A stretch of DNA of 50,420 bases, taken from contig JAGWHV010000001.1 of the NCBI GenBank assembly GCA_028866595.1, forward strand, positions 1 to 50,420, written 5' to 3'. Numbering within the stretch: the stretch's first letter is position 1; each line of letters starts with the position of its first letter. The notes below the pieces were generated by a model. It did no database searches. It was not told where the DNA came from and saw only the letters and a list, made by a program, of their open reading frames with translations. Source of the DNA: Patescibacteria group bacterium. Lineage in GTDB: Bacteria; Patescibacteriota; Minisyncoccia; Phycocordibacterales; UBA6065. Below, piece by piece: positions 42,628 through 50,420 of this stretch. A program made the position numbers and the translations under genes.

Positions 42628-42886
42628 AGAGCGCGTGGAGCAGATCGTGCGGGACATTCCTGCTGGCGAGACCCTTTCATATGGGGAGGTCGCTCGTCGC
42701 GCGGGCAATCCGAATGCGGCGAGAGCCGTCGGCATGATCATGTCGAGGAATACGGATGAGAGCGTGCCGTGCCATCGCGTTGTGAGATCAGATGGCCTAA
42801 TTGGTGGATACAACGGTATCCTCGGCGGCCTTCGCGGCGCCGAGGCGAAGCGAGCGCTCCTCCAGGCCGAGGGATCGTGTGCATAA
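42593..42886 (+). CDS. Methylated-DNA--protein-cysteine methyltransferase (single domain)
   Basis: IPAGETLSYGEVA, ARAVG, active site PCHRV. Confidence 0.9.
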   Translation: MRQVTKRIASFKERVEQIVRDIPAGETLSYGEVARRAGNPNAARAVGMIMSRNTDESVPCHRVVRSDGLIGGYNGILGGLRGAEAKRALLQAEGSCA

Positions 42887-42943
42887 CTTGCTGGATTTTC
42901 ATTCGATCGGAGAGCAGAATGGGGAGCAGGGAAACCCTTGAAC

Positions 42944-43321
42944 ATGCCCACCTCACCCGAAACCCTCGAAATGACCGAGGCGCGCGTCATTAGTTTTGAT
43001 CCATCACGAAAAATCGCGGAGCTCGAAGCGCGCATCCGCACCCTGGAAGAAGAGAACCGCGCTCTGGAACGGAAGAGAGACTCGTACGGCGTCTTCATCA
43101 GGTGCCTTGCCGAGAGGTACTTCAGTGAAAACGACGAGAGCCGATACTATGCCGGCCAGGAGAGCCAGAACGTCGATGCCGATGTCGCCTTCATTCATTG
43201 GTGGCAGCACGGCGGGCGCGAAGCGTTCTCCCGCGATTTCCCGACGCCCGAAGCAGTGATGCGTTATTTCCAACGACGCCATCGCGTCGCCCGTTTTCTC
43301 GCGGTGTTCGCCGTCTTGTAA
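42944..43321 (+). CDS. Hypothetical protein with N-terminal coiled coil
   Basis: KIAELEARIRTLEEENRALERK; terminator overlaps the stop. Confidence 0.65.
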   Translation: MPTSPETLEMTEARVISFDPSRKIAELEARIRTLEEENRALERKRDSYGVFIRCLAERYFSENDESRYYAGQESQNVDADVAFIHWWQHGGREAFSRDFPTPEAVMRYFQRRHRVARFLAVFAVL

Positions 43322-43361
43322 GTCCGCCATCGGGCGGGCTTTTTATTGCTATACTGTCTCT

Positions 43362-44000
43362 ATGCCGGGAACGGGAATCGATCAGAGAACTGACGAGCTT
43401 CGAAAGATCCGCGACGAGGTGGTCGCCCTTTCGATCTCGCCTCTCTATGCGTATAGGATAGAGAACAAGTATTTTCCGGTGATAGGCGAGGGAGATCACG
43501 AGGCTCGTATCATGTTCGTCGGCGAAGCGCCCGGCGAGAACGAGGCCAAGACCGCTCGGCCTTTCTGCGGAGCCGCCGGCAGGATTCTCGATGAGCTCCT
43601 TGCGTCTATCGGTCTTGATCGCAAGACGGTCTACGTCACGAACCTTATCAAAGATCGTCCGCCGGGCAATCGTGATCCCGAGCAGGCGGAGATCGATCTC
43701 TACGGGCCTTTTCTCGAGAGGCAAATCGCCGCCATGCGGCCTCGGGTGATCGCCACCCTCGGCCGCCACTCGATGAAATATATTTTCGAGAAATATGACC
43801 TCTCATCTGTTCTCCAGACGATATCAAAGATCCACGGTAAGGTATTCAAAGGCACCGCGCCTTACGGAGAGGTGACAGTTGTCGCTCTCTATCACCCGGC
43901 TGTCGCGCTTTATAACAATTCGATGAAAGGAGCGATGCTCGAAGATTTTAAGATCATAAAGAAATATGCGAACGACGTGGGACCTGGAACAACTCTATAA
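43362..44000 (+). CDS. Uracil-DNA glycosylase (family 4-like)
   Basis: MFVGEAPG, PFCGAAG, KDRPPGNRDP, YHPA; Fe-S cysteines absent. Confidence 0.93.
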   Translation: MPGTGIDQRTDELRKIRDEVVALSISPLYAYRIENKYFPVIGEGDHEARIMFVGEAPGENEAKTARPFCGAAGRILDELLASIGLDRKTVYVTNLIKDRPPGNRDPEQAEIDLYGPFLERQIAAMRPRVIATLGRHSMKYIFEKYDLSSVLQTISKIHGKVFKGTAPYGEVTVVALYHPAVALYNNSMKGAMLEDFKIIKKYANDVGPGTTL

Positions 44001-45726
44001 AAGCGCCGACGATCCGCAGATGGAAAAAGATGTCAAAGCCCTCGAGAGGGTTTTTTCGGCGTTCGCCAAAAAATATCGCGGCGCGGCCAGCTATGCCCGG
44101 AGCGAAGCCGCTCTCGCTCGCGCCCTCGGCGAATATGAAGCGATGCTCTCGAAACGAGCTTGGGGCAAGCCTCTGTCGTACTTTCAATTCCGTTTGAGCC
44201 TCGACAGCGGCGATGCCGTCGCTCGAGCCAAGCTCAACCAGCTCATGGAGCGTCTGACGAAAAGCTACAATCAGATCATCTTTTTCGAGCTTTCTTTGAT
44301 GAAGATACCGCCCAAGCTCCAGAAGCGCTTTCTGAAAAGCCCGCGGCTCGAGCGGTATCGCCATTTTCTCAAGACGATATTCGCTCGGGCGGCACATACT
44401 CTCTCCGAAGCCGAAGAGAAGATCATGAGCCTCAAAGAGATCCCAGCGTATCAGCAATGGATCGACGCCACGGACAAGCTCCTCGGCCGTCAAACTGTTG
44501 AATCAAGCGGTAAGACATTGCCCGTATCCGAAGCGATGCAGAGGATCCATGAGTTGCCGACCCAAAACGAGCGCCGGGCTTTGCATGAAGCAACGATGAG
44601 ATCGCTCTCCAGTCTCGCGGACATAGCCGAGAGCGAGATAAACGCCATCGTCACTGACAAGAAAATAAACGACGGCCTCCGCGGATTCGCCCGGCCGTAT
44701 GACGAGACGATCCTCCGGTATCAAAATGAGCCAAAGAGCGTCGATGCTCTCGTCGGCGCTGTCACCCGCCGTTTCAATATCAGTCATCGCTTCTATCACC
44801 TCAAGGCCAAGCTCCTCCGGCTCGAGAAGCTCGGCTATTTCGACAGAGCTGTCGGCATAGGCAAGAACGTCCGGCCGGTGCCTTTTGCGGAAGCGGTAGA
44901 GACGCTCCGCCGGATTTTTGGTTCCGTCGACCCGCGCTATGCCGCCATTCTCGATTCTTTTTTGGAGAAAGGCCAAATCGACGCATTCCCGAAAATAGGC
45001 AAGGGCGGCGGTGCCTATTGCGCTGGTAATGCCAATATGCCGACGTTCGTCCTCCTCAATTACACAAATACGATGGACGACGTCATGACATTCGCTCACG
45101 AAATGGGGCACGCCATCCACACCGAGCTCTCGAAGAGCCAGCCGATCATATACCAGGACTATTCCTCATCGACAGCCGAGGCGGCGAGCACGCTCTTTGA
45201 ATCGCTTGTCTTTGACGCACTGTTTGAAAAGCTCTCGCCCGATGAGCAGGTCATCGCTCTTCACAAGCGTCTGAATGACGACATCCAGACGATATTCCGC
45301 CAGATCGCTGCTTTTAATTTTGAGACGGAGCTCCACGGCGCCGTACGCGCGAAAGGCTCTCTCACCAGAGACGAGATCGGCGCTCTCTTGAATAAGCACA
45401 TGGCCGCGTATCTCGGGCCAGTCGTCGCCATGGAGCCGGTCGACGGCAATCACTTCGTCGCGTGGATGCATTTGCGCCGATTCTTCTACGTCTACACATA
45501 TGCATTCGGCCAGCTTGTCTCAAAAGTCCTCGCCGCTCGATACAAGACGGACAGGAAGGCAGCTCGCAACATCGCCGCATTCCTCTCCGCCGGCGGTTCC
45601 GAATCGCCGGAGGAGATCCTCAAGTCCATCGGCATCGATATCGCCAAGCCGGACTTCTGGGACGCTGGTCTCGACTCGATCGAGTGCGATATCGATAGGC
45701 TGGAAAAATTGACGGCGGCGCGGTAA
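43966..45726 (+). CDS. Oligoendopeptidase F (M3 family)
   Basis: TWDLEQLY, GKGGGAYC, HEMGH Zn motif, AEAAS, FYVYTYAFG. Confidence 0.92.
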   Translation: MRTTWDLEQLYKSADDPQMEKDVKALERVFSAFAKKYRGAASYARSEAALARALGEYEAMLSKRAWGKPLSYFQFRLSLDSGDAVARAKLNQLMERLTKSYNQIIFFELSLMKIPPKLQKRFLKSPRLERYRHFLKTIFARAAHTLSEAEEKIMSLKEIPAYQQWIDATDKLLGRQTVESSGKTLPVSEAMQRIHELPTQNERRALHEATMRSLSSLADIAESEINAIVTDKKINDGLRGFARPYDETILRYQNEPKSVDALVGAVTRRFNISHRFYHLKAKLLRLEKLGYFDRAVGIGKNVRPVPFAEAVETLRRIFGSVDPRYAAILDSFLEKGQIDAFPKIGKGGGAYCAGNANMPTFVLLNYTNTMDDVMTFAHEMGHAIHTELSKSQPIIYQDYSSSTAEAASTLFESLVFDALFEKLSPDEQVIALHKRLNDDIQTIFRQIAAFNFETELHGAVRAKGSLTRDEIGALLNKHMAAYLGPVVAMEPVDGNHFVAWMHLRRFFYVYTYAFGQLVSKVLAARYKTDRKAARNIAAFLSAGGSESPEEILKSIGIDIAKPDFWDAGLDSIECDIDRLEKLTAAR

Positions 45727-45737
45727 AGTAAGGCCCT

Positions 45738-47513
45738 ATGACATCCGCTGAAGTCCGCCGTCGGTTCCTTGCTTTTTTTGCCGCCCGCGGCCACGCTATC
45801 ATCCCGTCCGCGTCTCTCGTGCCGGAGAACGATCCCTCGGTCCTTTTCAATACCGCCGGTATGCAGCCTCTCGTGCCGTATCTTCTCGGCGAAAAGCATC
45901 CGAACGGAACGCGCCTGGCCGATTTCCAGAAATGCGTGCGGACGAACGACATCGACGAGGTCGGTGACAATACGCACCTCACTTTTTTCGAGATGATGGG
46001 CAATTGGTCTCTCGGCGACTATTTCAAGAAAGAAGCGATCGAATGGAGCTACGATCTTTTGACGAATAAAGAGTACGGCTTCGGCCTTGACCCACGGCGC
46101 CTCTACGTCTCGTGCTTCGAAGGCAATGATGACGCGCCGCGCGATGAAGAGTCGGCCGCGATCTGGCGCGACATTTTTGCTAAAAACGACGTCGCAGGTG
46201 AGCGCATATATTTCATGCCCGCGTCCGAGAACTGGTGGCAGCCGGGTCCGAATGGCCCGTGCGGCCCCGACTCCGAGATGCGCTACGACCTCACGGGCGC
46301 GCTCGCATCCGGCATGACAAAGGAAGAATACATCAAAGCCGATGCCGACCAGCACATCGTCGAGATCTGGAATGACGTTTTCATGGAATTCGTCAAAAAA
46401 GACAACAAGGTCGTCGGCCGCCTTGAAAAGAAGAACGTCGATACCGGCGCCGGTTTCGAGCGCATGTGCACGGTCATCCAGGGCAAGTCGAACGTCTTCG
46501 AGGCGGATCTTTTCGCCCCGATCATGGATCTCATACGTTCACGGTCGAGCGCCTATGATCTCCGTTCGGCTCGCATCGTCGCCGACCATATGCGGACGAC
46601 GACGTTCCTCGTCGCCGACGGTGTCTTGCCTTCGAACAAAGACCAAGGCTACGTTCTCCGCCGTCTCATGCGCCGGGCGATATTCAAACTAAGCTCGCTC
46701 GGTCTCGACAAGAGCGCCGGCGAAGAGATCATCGGCATGTATGTCGACATGTATAGTGTCGCCTACCCGGACTTGGACAAGACGGCTATCCGTGCCGTCT
46801 ATCGCGACGAGGCAGAAAAATTCGAAAAGACTCTCGTCGACGGCAAGAAAGAGCTCGAAAAAGGCACCGATCCATTCATCCTCTGGACGACGTACGGATT
46901 TCCGATAGAGCTCACATCCGAATTGCTCAAAGAGAAAGGGCGAGCCCTCGATCGCTCTGCTTTCGACAAAAAAATGAAGGAGCATCAGGATGTCTCTCGT
47001 GCCGGCGCCGAGCAGAAATTTAAAGGCGGCCTTGGCGACGCTAACGACCCGATGGTCGTCCGCTATCACACGGCGACCCACCTTTTGCATAAAGCCCTCC
47101 ACGAAGTCCTCGGCGAGCACGTCTCGCAGAAAGGCTCAAATATCACGCCAGAGAGGCTTCGGTTCGACTTTGCCCATAGCGCGAAAATGACGGATGATGA
47201 AGAAAAACGCGTAGAAGATATCGTCAATGACCATATCTCTGCGGCTCTACCGGTGAACCGCGTCGAATTGCCGAAAGATGAAGCCCTCAAGACGGGCGCC
47301 TACCATTTCTTTGGCGACAAATACGGCGACGTCGTGTCTGTCTACTACATCGGTGATTCTCTCGAGGGCGCTTATTCCAAAGAATTCTGCGGCGGGCCGC
47401 ACGTCTCTAACACTCGCGATCTCGCCGGCCCGGAAGGGAAGTGGCGATTCAAGATCCAAAAAGAGGAAGCGGTCTCTGCCGGCGTCCGCCGCATCAAGGC
47501 GGTCTTGTCCTAG
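45738..47513 (+). CDS. alaS: Alanyl-tRNA synthetase, short form
   Basis: FNTAGMQP, HLTFFEMMGNWS, EIWNDVFM, VDTGAGFER, editing motifs HTATH and EFCGGPHV; ends GVRRIKAVLS. Confidence 0.97.
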   Translation: MTSAEVRRRFLAFFAARGHAIIPSASLVPENDPSVLFNTAGMQPLVPYLLGEKHPNGTRLADFQKCVRTNDIDEVGDNTHLTFFEMMGNWSLGDYFKKEAIEWSYDLLTNKEYGFGLDPRRLYVSCFEGNDDAPRDEESAAIWRDIFAKNDVAGERIYFMPASENWWQPGPNGPCGPDSEMRYDLTGALASGMTKEEYIKADADQHIVEIWNDVFMEFVKKDNKVVGRLEKKNVDTGAGFERMCTVIQGKSNVFEADLFAPIMDLIRSRSSAYDLRSARIVADHMRTTTFLVADGVLPSNKDQGYVLRRLMRRAIFKLSSLGLDKSAGEEIIGMYVDMYSVAYPDLDKTAIRAVYRDEAEKFEKTLVDGKKELEKGTDPFILWTTYGFPIELTSELLKEKGRALDRSAFDKKMKEHQDVSRAGAEQKFKGGLGDANDPMVVRYHTATHLLHKALHEVLGEHVSQKGSNITPERLRFDFAHSAKMTDDEEKRVEDIVNDHISAALPVNRVELPKDEALKTGAYHFFGDKYGDVVSVYYIGDSLEGAYSKEFCGGPHVSNTRDLAGPEGKWRFKIQKEEAVSAGVRRIKAVLS

Positions 47514-47534
47514 CGCCTGTTGTATAATAGGAGC

Positions 47535-48641
47535 ATGTTCTCCTTTTTCCGTGAAAAGCCGGAGACGAACCTTGTGTTCCGCATCGGTTCTGCATCCGTC
47601 GGCGCCGGACTCGTCAGATTTGAACAGGATAAACCTCCTCACCTCATCGAGGCCATCCGCGAACCGATCGCCCATGACGACATCGTCGATTCGAAGCGTC
47701 TCCAAGCCGCGATGCTTTCTGCGTTCCAGGTTGTCGGCGAGCGAGCTATAAAAAAAGCTAGGCTCGATGGCCTTCCGGCGATCGGCTCTATTTTTCTCTC
47801 TTTCTCTTCGCCGTGGGTCGCGACGACGACTAAAATCATTACTATCAAAGGACCTCAGCCTTTCACCCTCACCCGCGGGCACATAGATCGCATCATTTCC
47901 GCGGATGAGGAAGCTTTTCAGAAAGGAGCCAGCCGGGGCCTCTTCGTCATAGAGCGACGAGTGCTCGGAGTGAAGCCATACGATGAAAAAACTCGAGCTG
48001 CCGAGATCTCGCTTCTCACGAGCGCGATCCCAACGGACCTTTATAGAGAGATGATCAGGATCTCTTCTAGGTTCCGCGAATCCCGCGAGATAAAGACATT
48101 CTCCCTGGCCCTTGCGGCTTTTTCGATCATAGCGAGCGAGCATCCCGAGATGCCCGATTTCATATTCATCGATGTCGGTGGGGAAGTATCCGAAGCGGCG
48201 ATCGTTCGTGGCGGCATCATAACAGAGACGGCGAGCTTTCCTGTAGGGCGCCATTCTATCATCCGAAGCATAAGGAAAGCTCTCGGCGCGACGGCAGAGG
48301 AGACAGCCTCGCTCATTCGCCTTTATGAAGAAGGCGATATGGATAGAGCCACAGCCGCCCACCTCAAACCAGCCCTCGATCGATCCGCTCACGAGTGGCG
48401 CACGGGCTTTGACGCCGCTCTCGCGCCTATTTCTTCCTGGAAAGCCCTGCCCTTGCGCCTCTATGCGGCGATAGAAAATGATCTCGCCGCTTTGTTCAGG
48501 AGACTCCTCAAGAGCGACGAGCTTCCGCTCGAGACGACGATCATCGATGCCGCTCGGCTCAGACATTTCGTCTCATCAGAGAACAGAGCGATCGATGATG
48601 TGTGCATGGCTATCGCTTCCGCTTTTGCCGGTATGATATAA
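47535..48641 (+). CDS. Divergent FtsA/PilM-like actin-fold protein
   Basis: FRIGSASV (degenerate phosphate-1 motif), FIDVGGEVSE (phosphate-2), SFPVG..IIRSI. Confidence 0.6.
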   Translation: MFSFFREKPETNLVFRIGSASVGAGLVRFEQDKPPHLIEAIREPIAHDDIVDSKRLQAAMLSAFQVVGERAIKKARLDGLPAIGSIFLSFSSPWVATTTKIITIKGPQPFTLTRGHIDRIISADEEAFQKGASRGLFVIERRVLGVKPYDEKTRAAEISLLTSAIPTDLYREMIRISSRFRESREIKTFSLALAAFSIIASEHPEMPDFIFIDVGGEVSEAAIVRGGIITETASFPVGRHSIIRSIRKALGATAEETASLIRLYEEGDMDRATAAHLKPALDRSAHEWRTGFDAALAPISSWKALPLRLYAAIENDLAALFRRLLKSDELPLETTIIDAARLRHFVSSENRAIDDVCMAIASAFAGMI

Positions 48642-48653
48642 TCGCTTTACGTT

Positions 48654-50063
48654 ATGGCACGAAACCCAATGCAAGATATCGTCCCGAAGGGGAAGTCGAT
48701 CAGGAATATCCCTCTCCCGGAGGCAAGGACCAAAACGGAGATCCGAAAGCAGGAAAAAGAGATCGCCGCGCGCGAACAAACGCTCCGCAAGGACATAGAG
48801 ACAAAACAGGAGGCCGAAGCAAAGCTCGAAGAGGACATCGAAGCGGAGCAGACCGAGCTTGATCAGGAGAAAGGCCGCAAAGAGGAGCTCCGCCGCGCCC
48901 GGCTCGAATTCGAAGCCAAGCGCGCGCGCAATAGGCGCGGTTCTAGTCGCTCTAGGAAATACACCGTCGTATACGGCGTAGGCGCTCTCGTGGCCCTCGT
49001 CGCTCTCGGCTTTATCGTCACCGCAGTATTCCGCGGCGCGACCGTGACCGTAACCCCGCACACGCTCGCTTTCACCGCTAATAGCGATATGAGCGCCAAG
49101 CAGGACGATACGAGCGGCGGCTTGCCATACCAGCTCATAGTCGCGAGCACGACAGCGAGCGAGACCATCCCGGCGAGCGGCCAGAAGCAAGTCAGCACCA
49201 AGGCCTCAGGCGTCATCGTCGTGTATAACAATTACAGCTCCACACCGCAAAGGCTCGTGGCCAACACTCGCTTTCAGACGCCTGAAGGTTTGATATATCG
49301 CATCGACAAGCCTATAACGGTGCCAGGTAAATCAGGCTCGACGCCAGGAAGCGTCGAAGCGATCGTTTACGCCGATCAACCTGGAACGAACTACAATGTC
49401 GGTCTCAAAGACTTCACCATACCAGGATTCGAAGGAGATCCGCGCTATAAAGATTTCTACGCGCGATCAAAAACTCCTCTTGCCGGCGGCTTTGTCGGAA
49501 CGCAAAGCGTCATCTCGGAGAGCGATCGAGCCAAAGCAGTAGGCGATATCCAATCTCGCCTCGCTACGGCCCTCCTCGCTCAAGCCCAAGCCCAGGTGTC
49601 CTCGAGCGATATACTTTTTGATAAAGCGTATACCATCGATTATCAGGCGCTTCCTGATCAGAACAGCACAGCGAGCCAGACGACCATCGTCGAAGAAGGC
49701 GCAATATACGCGACAGCGTTCAATACCCAGCAATTGAGCGAGGCTCTCGCTTCTTCGTATGTCCCCGGTTACAAAAACGAGCCGATCGCCGTCCAAAACA
49801 TGTCCGCTCTGACATTCACGCCGACTGCATTCCATCCCGATACCAATTCCTCCATATCTTTCCATCTCTCCGGTACGAGCACATTCGAATGGCTCTTCGA
49901 CGCAGGCGCTCTCAAGAACGCTCTCGCAGGAAAGCCGCGTTCCCAGACCCAAAACATCCTTCAGAATTTTCCCATGATAGAGAAAGCCGATATATCGATA
50001 CGTCCTTTCTGGACGAGCACGTTCCCGAGCGCGGATCGAATAACTATCAAGAAGGCGATGTAA
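48654..50063 (+). CDS. Single-pass membrane protein, baseplate-J-like extracellular domain
   Basis: Charged coiled coil, one TM segment, then KASGVIVVYN..TRF..G..Y...VP...A..G..YN pattern. Confidence 0.6.
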   Translation: MARNPMQDIVPKGKSIRNIPLPEARTKTEIRKQEKEIAAREQTLRKDIETKQEAEAKLEEDIEAEQTELDQEKGRKEELRRARLEFEAKRARNRRGSSRSRKYTVVYGVGALVALVALGFIVTAVFRGATVTVTPHTLAFTANSDMSAKQDDTSGGLPYQLIVASTTASETIPASGQKQVSTKASGVIVVYNNYSSTPQRLVANTRFQTPEGLIYRIDKPITVPGKSGSTPGSVEAIVYADQPGTNYNVGLKDFTIPGFEGDPRYKDFYARSKTPLAGGFVGTQSVISESDRAKAVGDIQSRLATALLAQAQAQVSSSDILFDKAYTIDYQALPDQNSTASQTTIVEEGAIYATAFNTQQLSEALASSYVPGYKNEPIAVQNMSALTFTPTAFHPDTNSSISFHLSGTSTFEWLFDAGALKNALAGKPRSQTQNILQNFPMIEKADISIRPFWTSTFPSADRITIKKAM

Positions 50064-50119
50064 ACTATCGAGTCTTTACTTTCTCTTTTTAATGGTTTAT
50101 ACTTTTGTCCACGTTCTAA

Positions 50120-50332
50120 ATGGCAGATCCAAACAAAACAAGCGTCCTTGGCGTCGTCACCGAAGCTCTCCCGAATACCTTTTTCAGGGTAAGACTCGAG
50201 GATGAGACCGAGATACTGACCTATCTCGCGGGAAAGATGAGGATGAATCGCATCAGAGTCCTCGTCGGCGACAAGGTGCGGGTCGAACTCGAGCCATACG
50301 GCGGGAAGGGCAGGATAATCCAGAGAATGTAA
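50120..50332 (+). CDS. infA: Translation initiation factor IF-1
   Basis: [34 protein letters not shown]. Confidence 0.96.
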   Translation: MADPNKTSVLGVVTEALPNTFFRVRLEDETEILTYLAGKMRMNRIRVLVGDKVRVELEPYGGKGRIIQRM

Positions 50333-50337
50333 TCACC

Positions 50338-50420
50338 ATGCGAGTCAAATCATCCGTAAAGAAAAAGTGCGCGAATTGCAAAGTAGTCCGTCGCAAGGGC
50401 TATGTATACATCATTTGTAA
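50338..50420 (+). CDS. rpmJ: 50S ribosomal protein L36 (3'-truncated by window edge)
   Basis: [27 protein letters not shown]..., directly after infA. Confidence 0.93.
   Translation, partial: MRVKSSVKKKCANCKVVRRKGYVYIIC

Noticed and set aside
48654..50063. Prophage tail or contractile injection locus
   Set aside because: No sheath, tube, spike, terminase or capsid genes nearby; the gene is membrane-anchored and flanked by housekeeping genes.

Overview
Core-chromosome segment of a moderately GC-rich bacterium that reads as Patescibacteria/CPR (Parcubacteria-like). The call is an inference from gene content: short AlaRS, UvrC without HhH, LeuRS with a Nudix insert, a sigma-region-4/winged-helix fusion, and an FtsA-like plus baseplate-J-like pair. 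Standard code 11; nearly all genes lie on the + strand. Housekeeping genes: rpoB (5'-truncated), rpoC, dnaG, rpoD, tgt, uvrB/A/C, ddl, zwf, ychF, leuS, mltG, mnmA, uracil-DNA glycosylase, oligoendopeptidase F, alaS, infA, rpmJ (3'-truncated) and four tRNAs (Ala-UGC, Ala-GGC, Val-CAC, Ala-CGC). I see no CRISPR array, integrase or transposase. The most unusual signals are: (i) three 90-155 nt Y-shaped intergenic elements (long closing stem plus two inner hairpins) with shared short motifs, one ending in a copy of the tRNA-Ala 3' end; (ii) a 13.6-15.1 kb accessory patch with a DnaA-box cluster and two uORF/terminator units, one with a visible antiterminator; (iii) a coupled DedA-GT4-GT2-sphingomyelin-synthase-like lipid operon; (iv) an ATP-cone nuclease / PD-(D/E)XK nuclease / MGMT operon; (v) widespread leaderless promoter architecture; and (vi) altered drug-binding pockets in RNA polymerase. 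All calls come from reading motifs by eye; no database search or folding program was run.
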